This document shows, piece by piece, positions 29,035 through 38,367 of a stretch of DNA of 40,000 bases (its first letter is position 1; each line of letters starts with the position of its first letter). This DNA is from Pseudomonas phage OBP. Under the pieces are notes generated by a model. That model saw nothing but the letters and a program-made list of their open reading frames with translations, made no database searches and was not told the origin of the DNA. The stretch lies in the sequence record JN627160.1, one strand, 5' to 3'. Position numbers and translations under genes: made by a program.

Positions 29035-29705
29035 TGAACGCAACAAGTGCATTCACTCGAGCTTGTAGTGGATCCATGACGGAAGCTTCTGCTGGAGCAT
29101 TCAATAACTTTATGAATGGCTTCTATGAGAAGTATGACAATCTGTCGGGCTGGCTTGGTGAAACACTGACTTCCGTTAAAGACGCTCATAATAACTTTAT
29201 GAGTAGCCGTATGTGGGAATTCAGTAACCGAGTCAATGGTAAAGATGGTACATATGTAGGTCGTTTCGAAATCGGCTATCTGTCTGAAGTTAAGTATCAA
29301 CAACAGGCGACTGGTTTCATGCGAGATTACATTATGGCCAACCCACTGTTGATGGGTCTTTATGAAGAAGATCGTGTATCTGGTTATGACGGTGATTTCA
29401 ATGCCCTCTGTTCTGGCATTGGACGTGATAACTATTTCTTCAATAAGGCTAACGACGGTAAGGTCATCTTCGATGCAGAGAAAGAAACTCTGAACAGAAC
29501 TGTCTATACCAGCTCACGTGATCAACTGACTCACCTCGGATTCTCTGAGCGTGTTGACATCCACCGTACTTGGCAGGCTACCAATCTCCATATCGCTAAA
29601 GGTCTATTTGACCCAACTAGCATCACTGGTGGGAATATCCTGTCTCTGGAAGAAGTTGAAGAACTGCGTCAGCAACGTGAGGAGCGATCGAGCTCTGAAG
29701 AATAA
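29031..29705 (+). CDS. Hypothetical protein, coupled to RNAP beta' gene
   Basis: ORF with 4-nt overlap (ATGA). Confidence 0.75.
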   Translation: MMNATSAFTRACSGSMTEASAGAFNNFMNGFYEKYDNLSGWLGETLTSVKDAHNNFMSSRMWEFSNRVNGKDGTYVGRFEIGYLSEVKYQQQATGFMRDYIMANPLLMGLYEEDRVSGYDGDFNALCSGIGRDNYFFNKANDGKVIFDAEKETLNRTVYTSSRDQLTHLGFSERVDIHRTWQATNLHIAKGLFDPTSITGGNILSLEEVEELRQQREERSSSEE

Positions 29706-29713
29706 CTAGAATT

Positions 29714-29739
29714 GTAATAGGGTGGAAACACCCTATTAC
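29714..29739 (+). terminator. Intrinsic terminator
   Basis: GTAATAGGGTG-GAAA-CACCCTATTAC-TTTT, perfect 11-bp stem. Confidence 0.9.
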
Positions 29740-29782
29740 TTTTCACACATCGCTTATTTTTTTTTGTTTCAAACGGAGAGTT

Positions 29783-30208
29783 ATGGACCTCGTAACTAAC
29801 ACCCACCTTAAAGTGCCAAACATTAAGCGTTCTGATGTAGAGCGTTTAATCCTTGAAAATAAAATAGATGACGAGGGTAGAATGCTTGTACATAAGGACG
29901 ACCTGGTTAATGTAAAACGCCCAGCCGATAACCCAAACCGCTTTAAAGCTTATAATGCCAAAGGTACCAAATTGGGTGTTATTGAATTTCAGCAAGGTTT
30001 TGTGGATGAAGAGAAAGGTGCCAATGGTTTGACTAATGAAGCAGTCATTGCAATTGCATTAGACCGTATCAAGTCACAAAACCAAGGCAAGTTCAAATCC
30101 CCACAGAACGATGCTGCCATCGAATGTCTTCAGGGTGCATTAGTTGCCCTGCGCCATCGTAATGATGACCGCAAAGAACGTGGTGTATCTAACACGGATC
30201 AAAAATAA
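29783..30208 (+). CDS. Tad1-like (Acb2/Tad1 hairpin-type) putative signalling-nucleotide sponge
   Basis: VIEFQQG...[60 protein letters not shown] resembles the family pattern IxFQxG..NGxTNExLLAIxxDRLxxFQxGxFxxxxNxxALxxLxxALxxLxxRTxxRxxRGVEGT. Confidence 0.55.
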   Translation: MDLVTNTHLKVPNIKRSDVERLILENKIDDEGRMLVHKDDLVNVKRPADNPNRFKAYNAKGTKLGVIEFQQGFVDEEKGANGLTNEAVIAIALDRIKSQNQGKFKSPQNDAAIECLQGALVALRHRNDDRKERGVSNTDQK

Positions 30209-30217
30209 GGTATATAA

Positions 30218-30679
30218 ATGAAAGGCCAAGGTTACTGCGAGTTGCAGGTTGATCTTTCCAGCGGACTTAAAATCTCCAAAGCTATCGGCAATATCGCCGA
30301 TGATTGTGGTGGAGCTATTCCCGCCAATAAACTTCATGCAACGATTATGTACGACGTCCGTAATCCTGATATCTTTCCGCCGAAATCCAATGCGGTTTAT
30401 AACGCTAAAGTTATCGGGATTAAGACACTGGGTAAACCAGGTGACAAATGGTACGCCTGTGCTCTGGAATTAAATTGTCCAGAAATACATGCCCGCCATA
30501 AAGAACTGGTTAAAGCCGGTTACGTTCATTCATACGACGACCTCCTTCTTCATGTCTCTTTGTCTTACGGAGAAGCCACTTCTGTAATTGCACCACAACT
30601 GGAGCAGATGTTTGCAGAAGGTAAACTCCCAGAGACTATTACGTTATGTAATGAGACATGGGATACGTTGGAAGATTGA
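30218..30679 (+). CDS. 2H phosphoesterase, anti-CBASS Acb1-like candidate
   Basis: Paired HxT/HxS motifs: KLHATIMY (H40, T42) and LLHVSLSY (H112, S114) in a 153-aa protein. Confidence 0.7.
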   Translation: MKGQGYCELQVDLSSGLKISKAIGNIADDCGGAIPANKLHATIMYDVRNPDIFPPKSNAVYNAKVIGIKTLGKPGDKWYACALELNCPEIHARHKELVKAGYVHSYDDLLLHVSLSYGEATSVIAPQLEQMFAEGKLPETITLCNETWDTLED

Positions 30680-30836
30680 TGGATGTAGGAGGGTATGGAT
30701 ACTCTTCTTTAATAAAAGGAGTTACCCAGGGAAGTGAATAGGTTTCCGATTTCACTTGGATGATTTCTCAGACCTATATTACCTAAGTGATAAACCTAAA
30801 CAGTTTAAACCTTATTTCAATATAGAGAGAAAACTT

Positions 30837-30998
30837 ATGTTCTTTAATAGCCCAGATGACCTCGTTGTAATGGCCTCAGCATTCTTCACCGGTATCGGTG
30901 CGTTAGTTTTCGGATGTGCCGGATACTACGGTATCAAAGGCGCTATCCGCAACATGCTGCATCCTCAGAATGTTCAAGCTGTACGCAACAAGCATTAA
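30837..30998 (+). CDS. Small membrane protein, 53 aa
   Basis: GAGAGAAAACTT-ATG; hydrophobic VVMASAFFTGIGALVFGCAGYYGI; track ORF starts at 30756. Confidence 0.55.
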   Translation: MFFNSPDDLVVMASAFFTGIGALVFGCAGYYGIKGAIRNMLHPQNVQAVRNKH

Positions 30999-31001
30999 TC
31001 C

Positions 31002-31036
31002 AGGTACAGCATCCTCCGTTAGGGGGATGCTGACCT
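31002..31036 (+). terminator. Intrinsic terminator
   Basis: AGGTACAGCATCCTCC-GTTA-GGGGGATGCTGACCT (one bulge) followed by T-rich tract. Confidence 0.75.
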
Positions 31037-31098
31037 ATATCATATGTTTATTTTTTTTTGTCATCTTTTGATTGATTATCTTTGATGAGGAAGAGACA

Positions 31099-31509
31099 AT
31101 GCCAAAGGGTGTCGTTGCCACAATGGATACCGTCGGGTTTATACAAGAACCCGGTATCAAAATAGACCGTGCCATCGCGTACTGGTTTGCTAACCGTATT
31201 GACCAATGTATCATATTGAGGAATGTTAAGTCCTATCAGTATGTTGTCGCTAAGCACCAAGATGACAAGAAAGGGGAAGAAAGATTCCTCGAAGATATAC
31301 AAAAGAACTTGCGCGAGTATCTCTTGCAAATCTTTGATGCTGTCTCTGTCAATGCCTGGGCTAAACGAGAACAAGAGGGGGACAAGATGTTCTCACTTAT
31401 TCTCTCTGGGATAGTTGAGCAAGATGGTAAGAAATATGACCTTGCCCACGCAGTATCTGTGAATGGCGAGACTTATAAACTAATTGATATTGGAAGAGGT
31501 TTACGTTAA
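31099..31509 (+). CDS. Hypothetical protein (MPKGVVATMDTVGFIQ...)
   Basis: Start refined from 31072 to ATG after GAGGAAGAGACA. Confidence 0.7.
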   Translation: MPKGVVATMDTVGFIQEPGIKIDRAIAYWFANRIDQCIILRNVKSYQYVVAKHQDDKKGEERFLEDIQKNLREYLLQIFDAVSVNAWAKREQEGDKMFSLILSGIVEQDGKKYDLAHAVSVNGETYKLIDIGRGLR

Positions 31510-32309
31510 TGGCTTCAAAAGAAGAATTCGCTGGGATTGATAAGATTAAGCACGGTAAGCTTATCGAGTTTATGACCAATAACTTCCGTAATGTGGAAAT
31601 TGCAGGTAAGCAAGTCATCCAGACCCCTGATGGTGAGTTTATCGAATACGTTCTGATGGAAGAATCCTACTTCGTAGAGAACTGGCTCGTTCAGTTTGCT
31701 ATCGGGCACGTCGGTGAGAAGAACTACTTCAACCACCAGGAATGGTCTCGCCTGACCGATGGGTTCACCAAAGGTGCTATTATCTTAAACGAAGATAAGC
31801 AACCTGTATGCCTGATCCGTAAATTCATTGATATGGACCTGGGCGGTGAATTACAACACCACATGGACCACTTTGCCCGTATGGCCTCTCAGGCTGCTCA
31901 CGTTCCTGATAAGAATGAAGCTGATGAGATCATCGGTGCATTTGCTAACGCAGTAGAGCAGATCGCTTCTCAGAACCCAGACTACGATACTCTTACGGCA
32001 ATGATTCCATATGAGTATTACCTGCGCCATGGTATCGACCCAACTGTAGTCAAGCAGTGTATCTGGATCCGTGATAACTACACCTTAGGTGGTGAGCCTA
32101 TTGACGCTGACAGCGACATCATGAAGGCAGTTGAGATTGTTCTCTATAAACACGCTCGTGGTGAACCTACCACTGAGAAAGAACGTAATCTCGTATTCCA
32201 TCTGACTAACGGTGATTTTAATTTTGACGGGAAGATGAATGAGGTAGACACCCAAAATTCTCCCGCCATTGAAAAGCCGGATGACAAATTCGATCCATTA
32301 GCTGACTAA
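31509..32309 (+). CDS. Hypothetical protein, 266 aa
   Basis: ORF coupled to upstream stop (TAATG). Confidence 0.75.
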   Translation: MASKEEFAGIDKIKHGKLIEFMTNNFRNVEIAGKQVIQTPDGEFIEYVLMEESYFVENWLVQFAIGHVGEKNYFNHQEWSRLTDGFTKGAIILNEDKQPVCLIRKFIDMDLGGELQHHMDHFARMASQAAHVPDKNEADEIIGAFANAVEQIASQNPDYDTLTAMIPYEYYLRHGIDPTVVKQCIWIRDNYTLGGEPIDADSDIMKAVEIVLYKHARGEPTTEKERNLVFHLTNGDFNFDGKMNEVDTQNSPAIEKPDDKFDPLAD

Positions 32310-32335
32310 CAGGTCTAGTGGGTCTAAGGAATACA

Positions 32336-33469
32336 ATGAAAAAGTTTAAAGGTCTGTTAACCACTGACCACCATTGCTTAAACCCACGAACACCTACTCG
32401 TCACATTTTGGGGAACCTGGACACATTCTACTATAAAGAAAATAACTTAGCTGATATTGACTTTAGTGTGATGTGTGGTGACTTCTTCGATGACTTAGCT
32501 CCGGCTAACGATCCGAACATGATGATCTGCCAGCGCTGGATTAAAAAGCATTTACAGATCTGCCATGAAAAGAAAGTACACGTTCGTATTTTGGAAGGGA
32601 CGTCGTCGCATGACTGGGGACAACCAGAAATCTTTGATATCCTTAAACCAAAAGACACCCCATATATAAAGTACATTAATACCTTATCCATTGAGTATAT
32701 TCCTGAGCTGGATATCAACGTAATGTATGTACCGGATAACTTCGGTCATATATCCACCGATACCATTTACGAACAAGCTCTGAAATTAATGGCTGAGCAT
32801 AATGTTTCTCAACTTGACTTTATCTTCTTGCACGGTGGGTTTGATTATCAGCTCCCTCCAATAGCAAACAAGAAAGGAACTCTTTACGATTCTGTCAAGT
32901 GGAGTGCATTAGCCAAGCACGCCATATTCAGTGGACATATTCATAAGCCATCTCAGAAGTTAAAGATTCACTGTGGTGGTTCGTTTGACCGTATCTCATT
33001 TGGTGAGATGCACCCGAAAGGTGGTTATCGTTTCCAGTTCAACAAGGATGAGTTCAGCGCGTCGTTCTGGGAGAATAAGAACGCACTTATCTATGATAAG
33101 ATTCTGATCAATAAGGAAATGGATGCTAAACAAGTTTCTAAGGAACTTAATAACTACTTGTCTAAACGTCCACCGACTAATACCCACATTCGTTTAGTAG
33201 GTGGATTGTCGTCAGTTACCAACCCTCTGATTAATGAGTACAAGGAACAGTACCCGCAATACATCTTTGATTTGGATAACGTAAAAGAAGATAACATCGA
33301 AGTAGATGATACTCTTTACACACCTGAGATGTATAAGGGTGTTGCGTTAACCAGACATAACCTCAAGGATAGTTTGTTCAACTTTATGGAATCCACTTTT
33401 GTGCAAAATGACACGATCGATATGTCATTGATCCACGAAATAATGGATGAGGCTATGGGTACAGAATGA
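32336..33469 (+). CDS. Calcineurin-like metallophosphoesterase, SbcD/Mre11-like
   Basis: TTDHHC, CGDFFDD, GTSSHD, LHGGFD, SGHIHKPS motifs; start refined from 32318. Confidence 0.75.
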   Translation: MKKFKGLLTTDHHCLNPRTPTRHILGNLDTFYYKENNLADIDFSVMCGDFFDDLAPANDPNMMICQRWIKKHLQICHEKKVHVRILEGTSSHDWGQPEIFDILKPKDTPYIKYINTLSIEYIPELDINVMYVPDNFGHISTDTIYEQALKLMAEHNVSQLDFIFLHGGFDYQLPPIANKKGTLYDSVKWSALAKHAIFSGHIHKPSQKLKIHCGGSFDRISFGEMHPKGGYRFQFNKDEFSASFWENKNALIYDKILINKEMDAKQVSKELNNYLSKRPPTNTHIRLVGGLSSVTNPLINEYKEQYPQYIFDLDNVKEDNIEVDDTLYTPEMYKGVALTRHNLKDSLFNFMESTFVQNDTIDMSLIHEIMDEAMGTE

Positions 33470-34266
33470 TAGTGAGGACTAAGGGTACGCTTCCCATAAG
33501 CGTCGGTACGGCACTTGCCATTGAAACACTACCCAGTGTTAAGATGTACAAGTATCACGCCATCCTGTTCAATCTGAGAACGATTATCCGTAATGCCAGA
33601 CAAGCGTTTGAAGGCGACGTCCTTCCTTCTGTTAGCGAGTTGTTTGATGCTTGCAAAGAAGACATTGTCGGTATTGCGGAAGCCATAATTGCGATGAAGA
33701 TTCGCACCGTGTTGGAATTAAAGATTTACTACCCCAGCTATCGGTCGTTAGAGTCAACATTTCCATTAGGTAAAGTTATCGATGTTCAGAAGAACGGTAC
33801 CGATAAACAGAAGGCCATTTATAAACTCGATAAAGAAGTAGCTGATAAAGTACTTGCTGAATTTGGGAAAGGAATAACCCAAGTTGATTCGAGAGTTCCA
33901 CAGTTTTCTGGTGATGCGTTGATCATGACTCATCATCCAGTCGATTTGGTTACAACAGAATCTTACTCCAGACTCTATCTATTAGAGTCACACACTGGAA
34001 CAATCAAAAACTACACTTTGACTTATTCCAAGTTGACAGGTTCTGATAAGTTTAACAACATACCGTTAAACAAGATTACGATACAAGTATTCGGGGACAA
34101 GTCCTCTAACTTCTATTCGCAGTCTATAGGTTTAAAGAACACCCTTAAACAGTTAGCAGACTCGGCGCATTGGTCAACAGCCTCTACACCAAGTATGGTA
34201 GCAAGATCTATTCGTTCTCTGCCGGAATCCCCAGAGAAAGATATCCTCATTCAAATGTCTAAATAA
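33466..34266 (+). CDS. Hypothetical protein, 266 aa
   Basis: ORF with ATGA coupling to the phosphoesterase gene. Confidence 0.75.
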   Translation: MIVRTKGTLPISVGTALAIETLPSVKMYKYHAILFNLRTIIRNARQAFEGDVLPSVSELFDACKEDIVGIAEAIIAMKIRTVLELKIYYPSYRSLESTFPLGKVIDVQKNGTDKQKAIYKLDKEVADKVLAEFGKGITQVDSRVPQFSGDALIMTHHPVDLVTTESYSRLYLLESHTGTIKNYTLTYSKLTGSDKFNNIPLNKITIQVFGDKSSNFYSQSIGLKNTLKQLADSAHWSTASTPSMVARSIRSLPESPEKDILIQMSK

Positions 34267-34278
34267 GAGAGTAATAAC

Positions 34279-35067
34279 ATGAGCCAGCAAAATAACGGTA
34301 CTTTCGTTCGTCGTCCACAGACCATGTTCAACGACTTCCGCTATCCGATGCCTAAGTCTGACAAACCTGTTGAGGGCGCTAAGTACCCTGCTACCTGGAC
34401 CTGGGAACTGGGCCTGTCCGGTCAGATCTTTATGAAGATCAATGACGGCGTCTGGGGTAAAGACGACAAGAACGCTAAGTCTAAAGAAGTCGAATTGTCC
34501 TGGGCTGACCGTAACGCTCTGTTGAACCTGATGGAAGAAGCGTGTAACAACCCTAACTTCGGTAAGGCTCAGTACGTTGTTCGTAAAGTTACTTTCGGTA
34601 ACGGCGGTCGTATGAATGACCACCCATCCACCATGGGTACATTCACCGTAATCCGTGACGGTCAAGGTAAGATCCACGTAGGTTACACCAAAGGTACTTA
34701 CAAAGTAATGTTCCCATTCACCTCTCCTTACGACTCCATCATCCTGGTTTCTAAAGACGGTGAATCCGTAGAAGACAACGGCCTGATGTCACGTGTTTAC
34801 TGTAAGGCATTCATCAACTTCTCTCGTAAGTATCTCGACCAGTACGAGTGGGATAACTTCAAACCACGTGAGAAGAAAGGTGGTGATAATAACGGTAACA
34901 ACAATAACCGTGGTGGCGGTAATAACAGCTGGGGTGGTAACAATAACTCTGGTGGTAATGGTGGTGGTAACAGCGGTTGGGGTGGTAATAACTCCAATAG
35001 CGGTGGTGGTCAACAGACCCAGCAACGCCAAGCACCAGCAGATTTCGATGACGACATTGATTTCTAA
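34279..35067 (+). CDS. Single-stranded DNA-binding-like protein
   Basis: About 180-aa folded N-terminal region, then Gly/Asn/Trp-rich linker GGDNNGNNNNRGGGNNSWGG... and acidic tip ADFDDDIDF; high codon bias. Confidence 0.7.
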   Translation: MSQQNNGTFVRRPQTMFNDFRYPMPKSDKPVEGAKYPATWTWELGLSGQIFMKINDGVWGKDDKNAKSKEVELSWADRNALLNLMEEACNNPNFGKAQYVVRKVTFGNGGRMNDHPSTMGTFTVIRDGQGKIHVGYTKGTYKVMFPFTSPYDSIILVSKDGESVEDNGLMSRVYCKAFINFSRKYLDQYEWDNFKPREKKGGDNNGNNNNRGGGNNSWGGNNNSGGNGGGNSGWGGNNSNSGGGQQTQQRQAPADFDDDIDF

Positions 35068-35087
35068 GGACTAGCATAGTTGATTAA

Positions 35088-35113
35088 CCTAGCTCGGGAT
35101 GTCCCGAGCTAGG
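35088..35113 (+). terminator. Intrinsic terminator
   Basis: CCTAGCTCGGG-ATGT-CCCGAGCTAGG-CTTTCTTTT. Confidence 0.9.
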
Positions 35114-35134
35114 CTTTCTTTTATGTTTGTCTAA

Positions 35135-35168
35135 AAATTAACAGGCAGATATTATTAGCTTGTATATG
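35135..35168 (+). promoter_or_regulatory. Promoter-like repeated motif (copy C)
   Basis: AAATTAACAGGCAG ATATTAT TAGCT TGTATATG. Confidence 0.65.
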
Positions 35169-35185
35169 ACAGAGAGGATTAACCT

Positions 35186-36817
35186 ATGCGTTATGACAAC
35201 CGAATGTCTGGTAAGAAGGCAATCGATGCAATAATCGTGACTCACAATGGTGAAGAGATTATCTTCCGTGGGGCACAGAAAGTAAATGGCGGTGATGCTG
35301 ACCAGGAACTGTTTGAATTTCTGAACGAATACTTCCAGAGTTGCTCTGAAGCTACTTTGGATAAACTGTGGGCTTTGATCAAAGCCGGTAAGCGAATCCT
35401 GGAACCAGGTTATTTCGAAGAGGTGGATACTCCAGAGATTCAGGAACTTCGTAAGCGTAATCAGGACTATAAGTTCTTGACTGAAAAGTTAGAGCCTATC
35501 ATCCGTGAAATGTATACCGTTATCACACCTGCTGAAATCGGTTATGCTGCTCAGGTTACTGGACGTTGTGAAGCACCGAAAGATTTGATGGCAATGTCTC
35601 AACTGGGCGACTATCCAGAAGAAACAACTATCGACGCATTTAAATATGCCGAACTGGTTAAGCAAGCATTCGCCGTTCAATTATCCTTCCCAGTGGTAAA
35701 CCAACTACTGGACCATGTGTCTAGCATTACCGGTAAAGATTACAAAGATGTACCAGCCGGTACGATGATGGCGAACATCACAGCTTTAACCGATATGCCA
35801 GGTTGGCGTATTCTGGACGTATATGTCCGAGCATCATGCCTCCGTCAGGAAGCACGACGCAATAGTATCGGTGTGGTCAGTGATGTGAAGTACATTGACT
35901 ATATCGTATATAAAGGACTGTTCAATAAACTGTGTCTGACATTCTTACCGAGCAAGATCAATGGTAAGAACTTGTCTAAAGAACTGAACTCTCTGGTAGA
36001 GGGTGAAATCCGTGGCGGAGCCGATATTAAGTTTAAGACTTATAAGGATCCAAAACCAGGTTCTGATGACCAGTCTATTCCAGAATCATATCGTATCGCT
36101 CAAGCAGTCAACGGTACCGATGAAATTGCGCAGGCCGAGTACTTTACTTTTGGCATGTATAATGAAGTCAGAGGGGAAGATCAATGGGGTAACCCTACTG
36201 TACGCTTAGAGAAGAAACATAAAGACTTCTTCTATTATCAGTGTATGGGTCTGGGTATTAAGAACCAAGCTCTCGCAGAACGTTTGTTCAACACTCTGCC
36301 ACGGCTCTGGGACTTCCGTCTGACCACGGTACATATAAAGTTACTGCAACTTGTATTTAGCGGCAACATAAACTACTATCTGATTCCGGTACTGAATTAC
36401 GACCAGTTAATGGCCGCAATTGTATTGGCTCAGGTTAAGCTTTATGAGATGGGCTTTGAGAATCTGGCGACTCTGTGCGCTATCGTTCGCAACCCTTCTT
36501 ATCATGTCGTTTATCTGGATGACGATTTTAAACTCACCACCAAAGATCGTGAAGTATTGACCGAGATGTGTGATATCTATTCCGGTCAGTCGACATCGAC
36601 TACAGAAAACATTCTGGTTAAGTCGGTATCTGATCTCCTCGATGAACTTGCTACCTCAGGTTGGGATTCGAATATCGAAGCCGGGCTGTTGGGTAATGAA
36701 AAGTTCGTCAACGCTATGAGTTCCGGTCAAATGTATCAAGTGGACTTGATACCTGAGATGAAACGTGAACTGTTAGCATTAATCAAATTAAATAACTCTA
36801 CTGTAGACGAGGAATAA
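35186..36817 (+). CDS. Candidate fifth (non-beta/beta') subunit of the non-virion RNAP (phiKZ gp68-like)
   Basis: 543 aa; size and position ahead of two large genes resemble the phiKZ gp68-gp70 block; no diagnostic motif. Confidence 0.5.
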   Translation: MRYDNRMSGKKAIDAIIVTHNGEEIIFRGAQKVNGGDADQELFEFLNEYFQSCSEATLDKLWALIKAGKRILEPGYFEEVDTPEIQELRKRNQDYKFLTEKLEPIIREMYTVITPAEIGYAAQVTGRCEAPKDLMAMSQLGDYPEETTIDAFKYAELVKQAFAVQLSFPVVNQLLDHVSSITGKDYKDVPAGTMMANITALTDMPGWRILDVYVRASCLRQEARRNSIGVVSDVKYIDYIVYKGLFNKLCLTFLPSKINGKNLSKELNSLVEGEIRGGADIKFKTYKDPKPGSDDQSIPESYRIAQAVNGTDEIAQAEYFTFGMYNEVRGEDQWGNPTVRLEKKHKDFFYYQCMGLGIKNQALAERLFNTLPRLWDFRLTTVHIKLLQLVFSGNINYYLIPVLNYDQLMAAIVLAQVKLYEMGFENLATLCAIVRNPSYHVVYLDDDFKLTTKDREVLTEMCDIYSGQSTSTTENILVKSVSDLLDELATSGWDSNIEAGLLGNEKFVNAMSSGQMYQVDLIPEMKRELLALIKLNNSTVDEE

Positions 36818-36822
36818 GAATA

Positions 36823-38367
36823 ATGAGCATGAATCTGGTAAAAGCACGTTGTGGTCTGACTAACTACTATCACCAACAAGTTATCCGTAACCCTGTTCTG
36901 AATCTGGAAACGACATTGATCGACCAGCTTACAGAAGAAAACATGATGGGTGGGGTGAATGGTTCCACTCTGAAGATGGCTGCTGTAATGGGTGGTGGTC
37001 TGAATGCTCAGGCTTCTGGCTTTGCAAACATCATGGATGGTTGGAATGACTCCAAAGGTCTGATGATGTTGGATTTCTGTTCCAGTGATTCCCCTGTAGC
37101 TGTTGAGTACATGCACGTTATCGGGTATGTAACAAACAACGGTGCTGAACAGGGCCTGACTATGGATGCTCTCTTTACTCCGGTAATGAGTTGGAAATCC
37201 CATGAGTCTATCACTGCATCGGGTATGCTGGATAGCCCAACATCTGTACGTCGTAAAATGGGTGGTCGTACTGACTATATCCTGAACGATGGTTCTCAAA
37301 TGGGTTCTGTCGTATCCCTTCGTCCTTCTGACATTATCGATTATTCTATCGAGAAAGCGTCTTCTGACGATATCCTGGAGCGGATGCAGGATGAAGGTAT
37401 GGACGGAATGGTTCCTCAAACTACCGTGGCTGCTTCTGACATCAGTCGTGTCGGCGTTGTTACATCAAAACGTGGTAACCTGAACCCAACCAACTATGCG
37501 ACAGATATGCTTGTTGCCGGTACTGGTTATCAGCGTAATCAACAACTCCAGTCCAACATGATGGACAGCATGGGTGAGAACACTACTCAGTTTGACGGGA
37601 TGTTTAATGACCTGTCTCAGCTGGCGTATCAATCTCGTAACAAAGAACCTGAATTACTGCGTGATGACTTCTTCCGTGAAATGATGGAAATGATGGGGCA
37701 AGCTCAAATGCGTGGCTTCCGTGGCTATACCATCGGTGATCTGGAAATGGCATTCCCGAACATCAACGAAGTTCTGGATTTAACCTTCATGGATAAATCT
37801 GAATTCGTGGTTAACGATTTTACTGCTGATACAGAAAGCATGGGTACTTCCCAGCTGGAAGAATTCGTATCTCAGGAAATCACCATGAACATCATGGACC
37901 TGATGATCAAGTACGGTCTGTCTGAAATCAACTTCCGTGGTTCAAACTGCGATAACTACGGTGGTGATGGTGCATTGTCTAACGTCGTTGTTCTTCCATA
38001 TGGTTCTTTCTCTCTGGATGCCGATGACTATCAACTGGGCCAAAAGACCGAAGCATTCGTAGATGATCTGACCAATCAGATCTTTGCGAAACTGAATGGT
38101 CTTCGTCCGGCAGATATGACGCCAATTCGTTTTGATGTCAGTGCTGAACTGTTCGGTACTTTGATCGTTAACATGGTGCGTGTGGACGATAGCAACATCG
38201 GCGGCGGTTTCGATATGTCAGCAGGCGGCGTACCAGCAGGTATGGGTTCTCGCGTATATCCAACTTACGCAATTAACAACTTCGGTACGGTTACTGGTGA
38301 TAAAGAACAAGCTCAAGTAGCGGGTTCCAACTTCTTCTCTAACCTGTCCTCTTATTTCCAATCTTAA
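36823..38367 (+). CDS. Large conserved-type protein; synteny-based candidate for phage-nucleus import factor (phiKZ gp69/Imp1, PicA)
   Basis: 514 aa, immediately downstream of the gp68-like candidate; assignment by order only. Confidence 0.4.
   Translation: MSMNLVKARCGLTNYYHQQVIRNPVLNLETTLIDQLTEENMMGGVNGSTLKMAAVMGGGLNAQASGFANIMDGWNDSKGLMMLDFCSSDSPVAVEYMHVIGYVTNNGAEQGLTMDALFTPVMSWKSHESITASGMLDSPTSVRRKMGGRTDYILNDGSQMGSVVSLRPSDIIDYSIEKASSDDILERMQDEGMDGMVPQTTVAASDISRVGVVTSKRGNLNPTNYATDMLVAGTGYQRNQQLQSNMMDSMGENTTQFDGMFNDLSQLAYQSRNKEPELLRDDFFREMMEMMGQAQMRGFRGYTIGDLEMAFPNINEVLDLTFMDKSEFVVNDFTADTESMGTSQLEEFVSQEITMNIMDLMIKYGLSEINFRGSNCDNYGGDGALSNVVVLPYGSFSLDADDYQLGQKTEAFVDDLTNQIFAKLNGLRPADMTPIRFDVSAELFGTLIVNMVRVDDSNIGGGFDMSAGGVPAGMGSRVYPTYAINNFGTVTGDKEQAQVAGSNFFSNLSSYFQS

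Noticed and set aside
34882-35020. GGTGGT/AACAAT repeat considered as a DNA repeat element or CRISPR-like array
   Set aside because: Irregular in-frame codon repetition encoding the flexible linker; no spacer architecture.
34174-35077. Several minus- and plus-frame ORFs over the Gly/Asn repeat linker of the SSB-like gene (for example 34793-35074 and 34789-35031)
   Set aside because: Low-complexity out-of-frame readings of a GGT/AAT-rich repeat, not independent genes.
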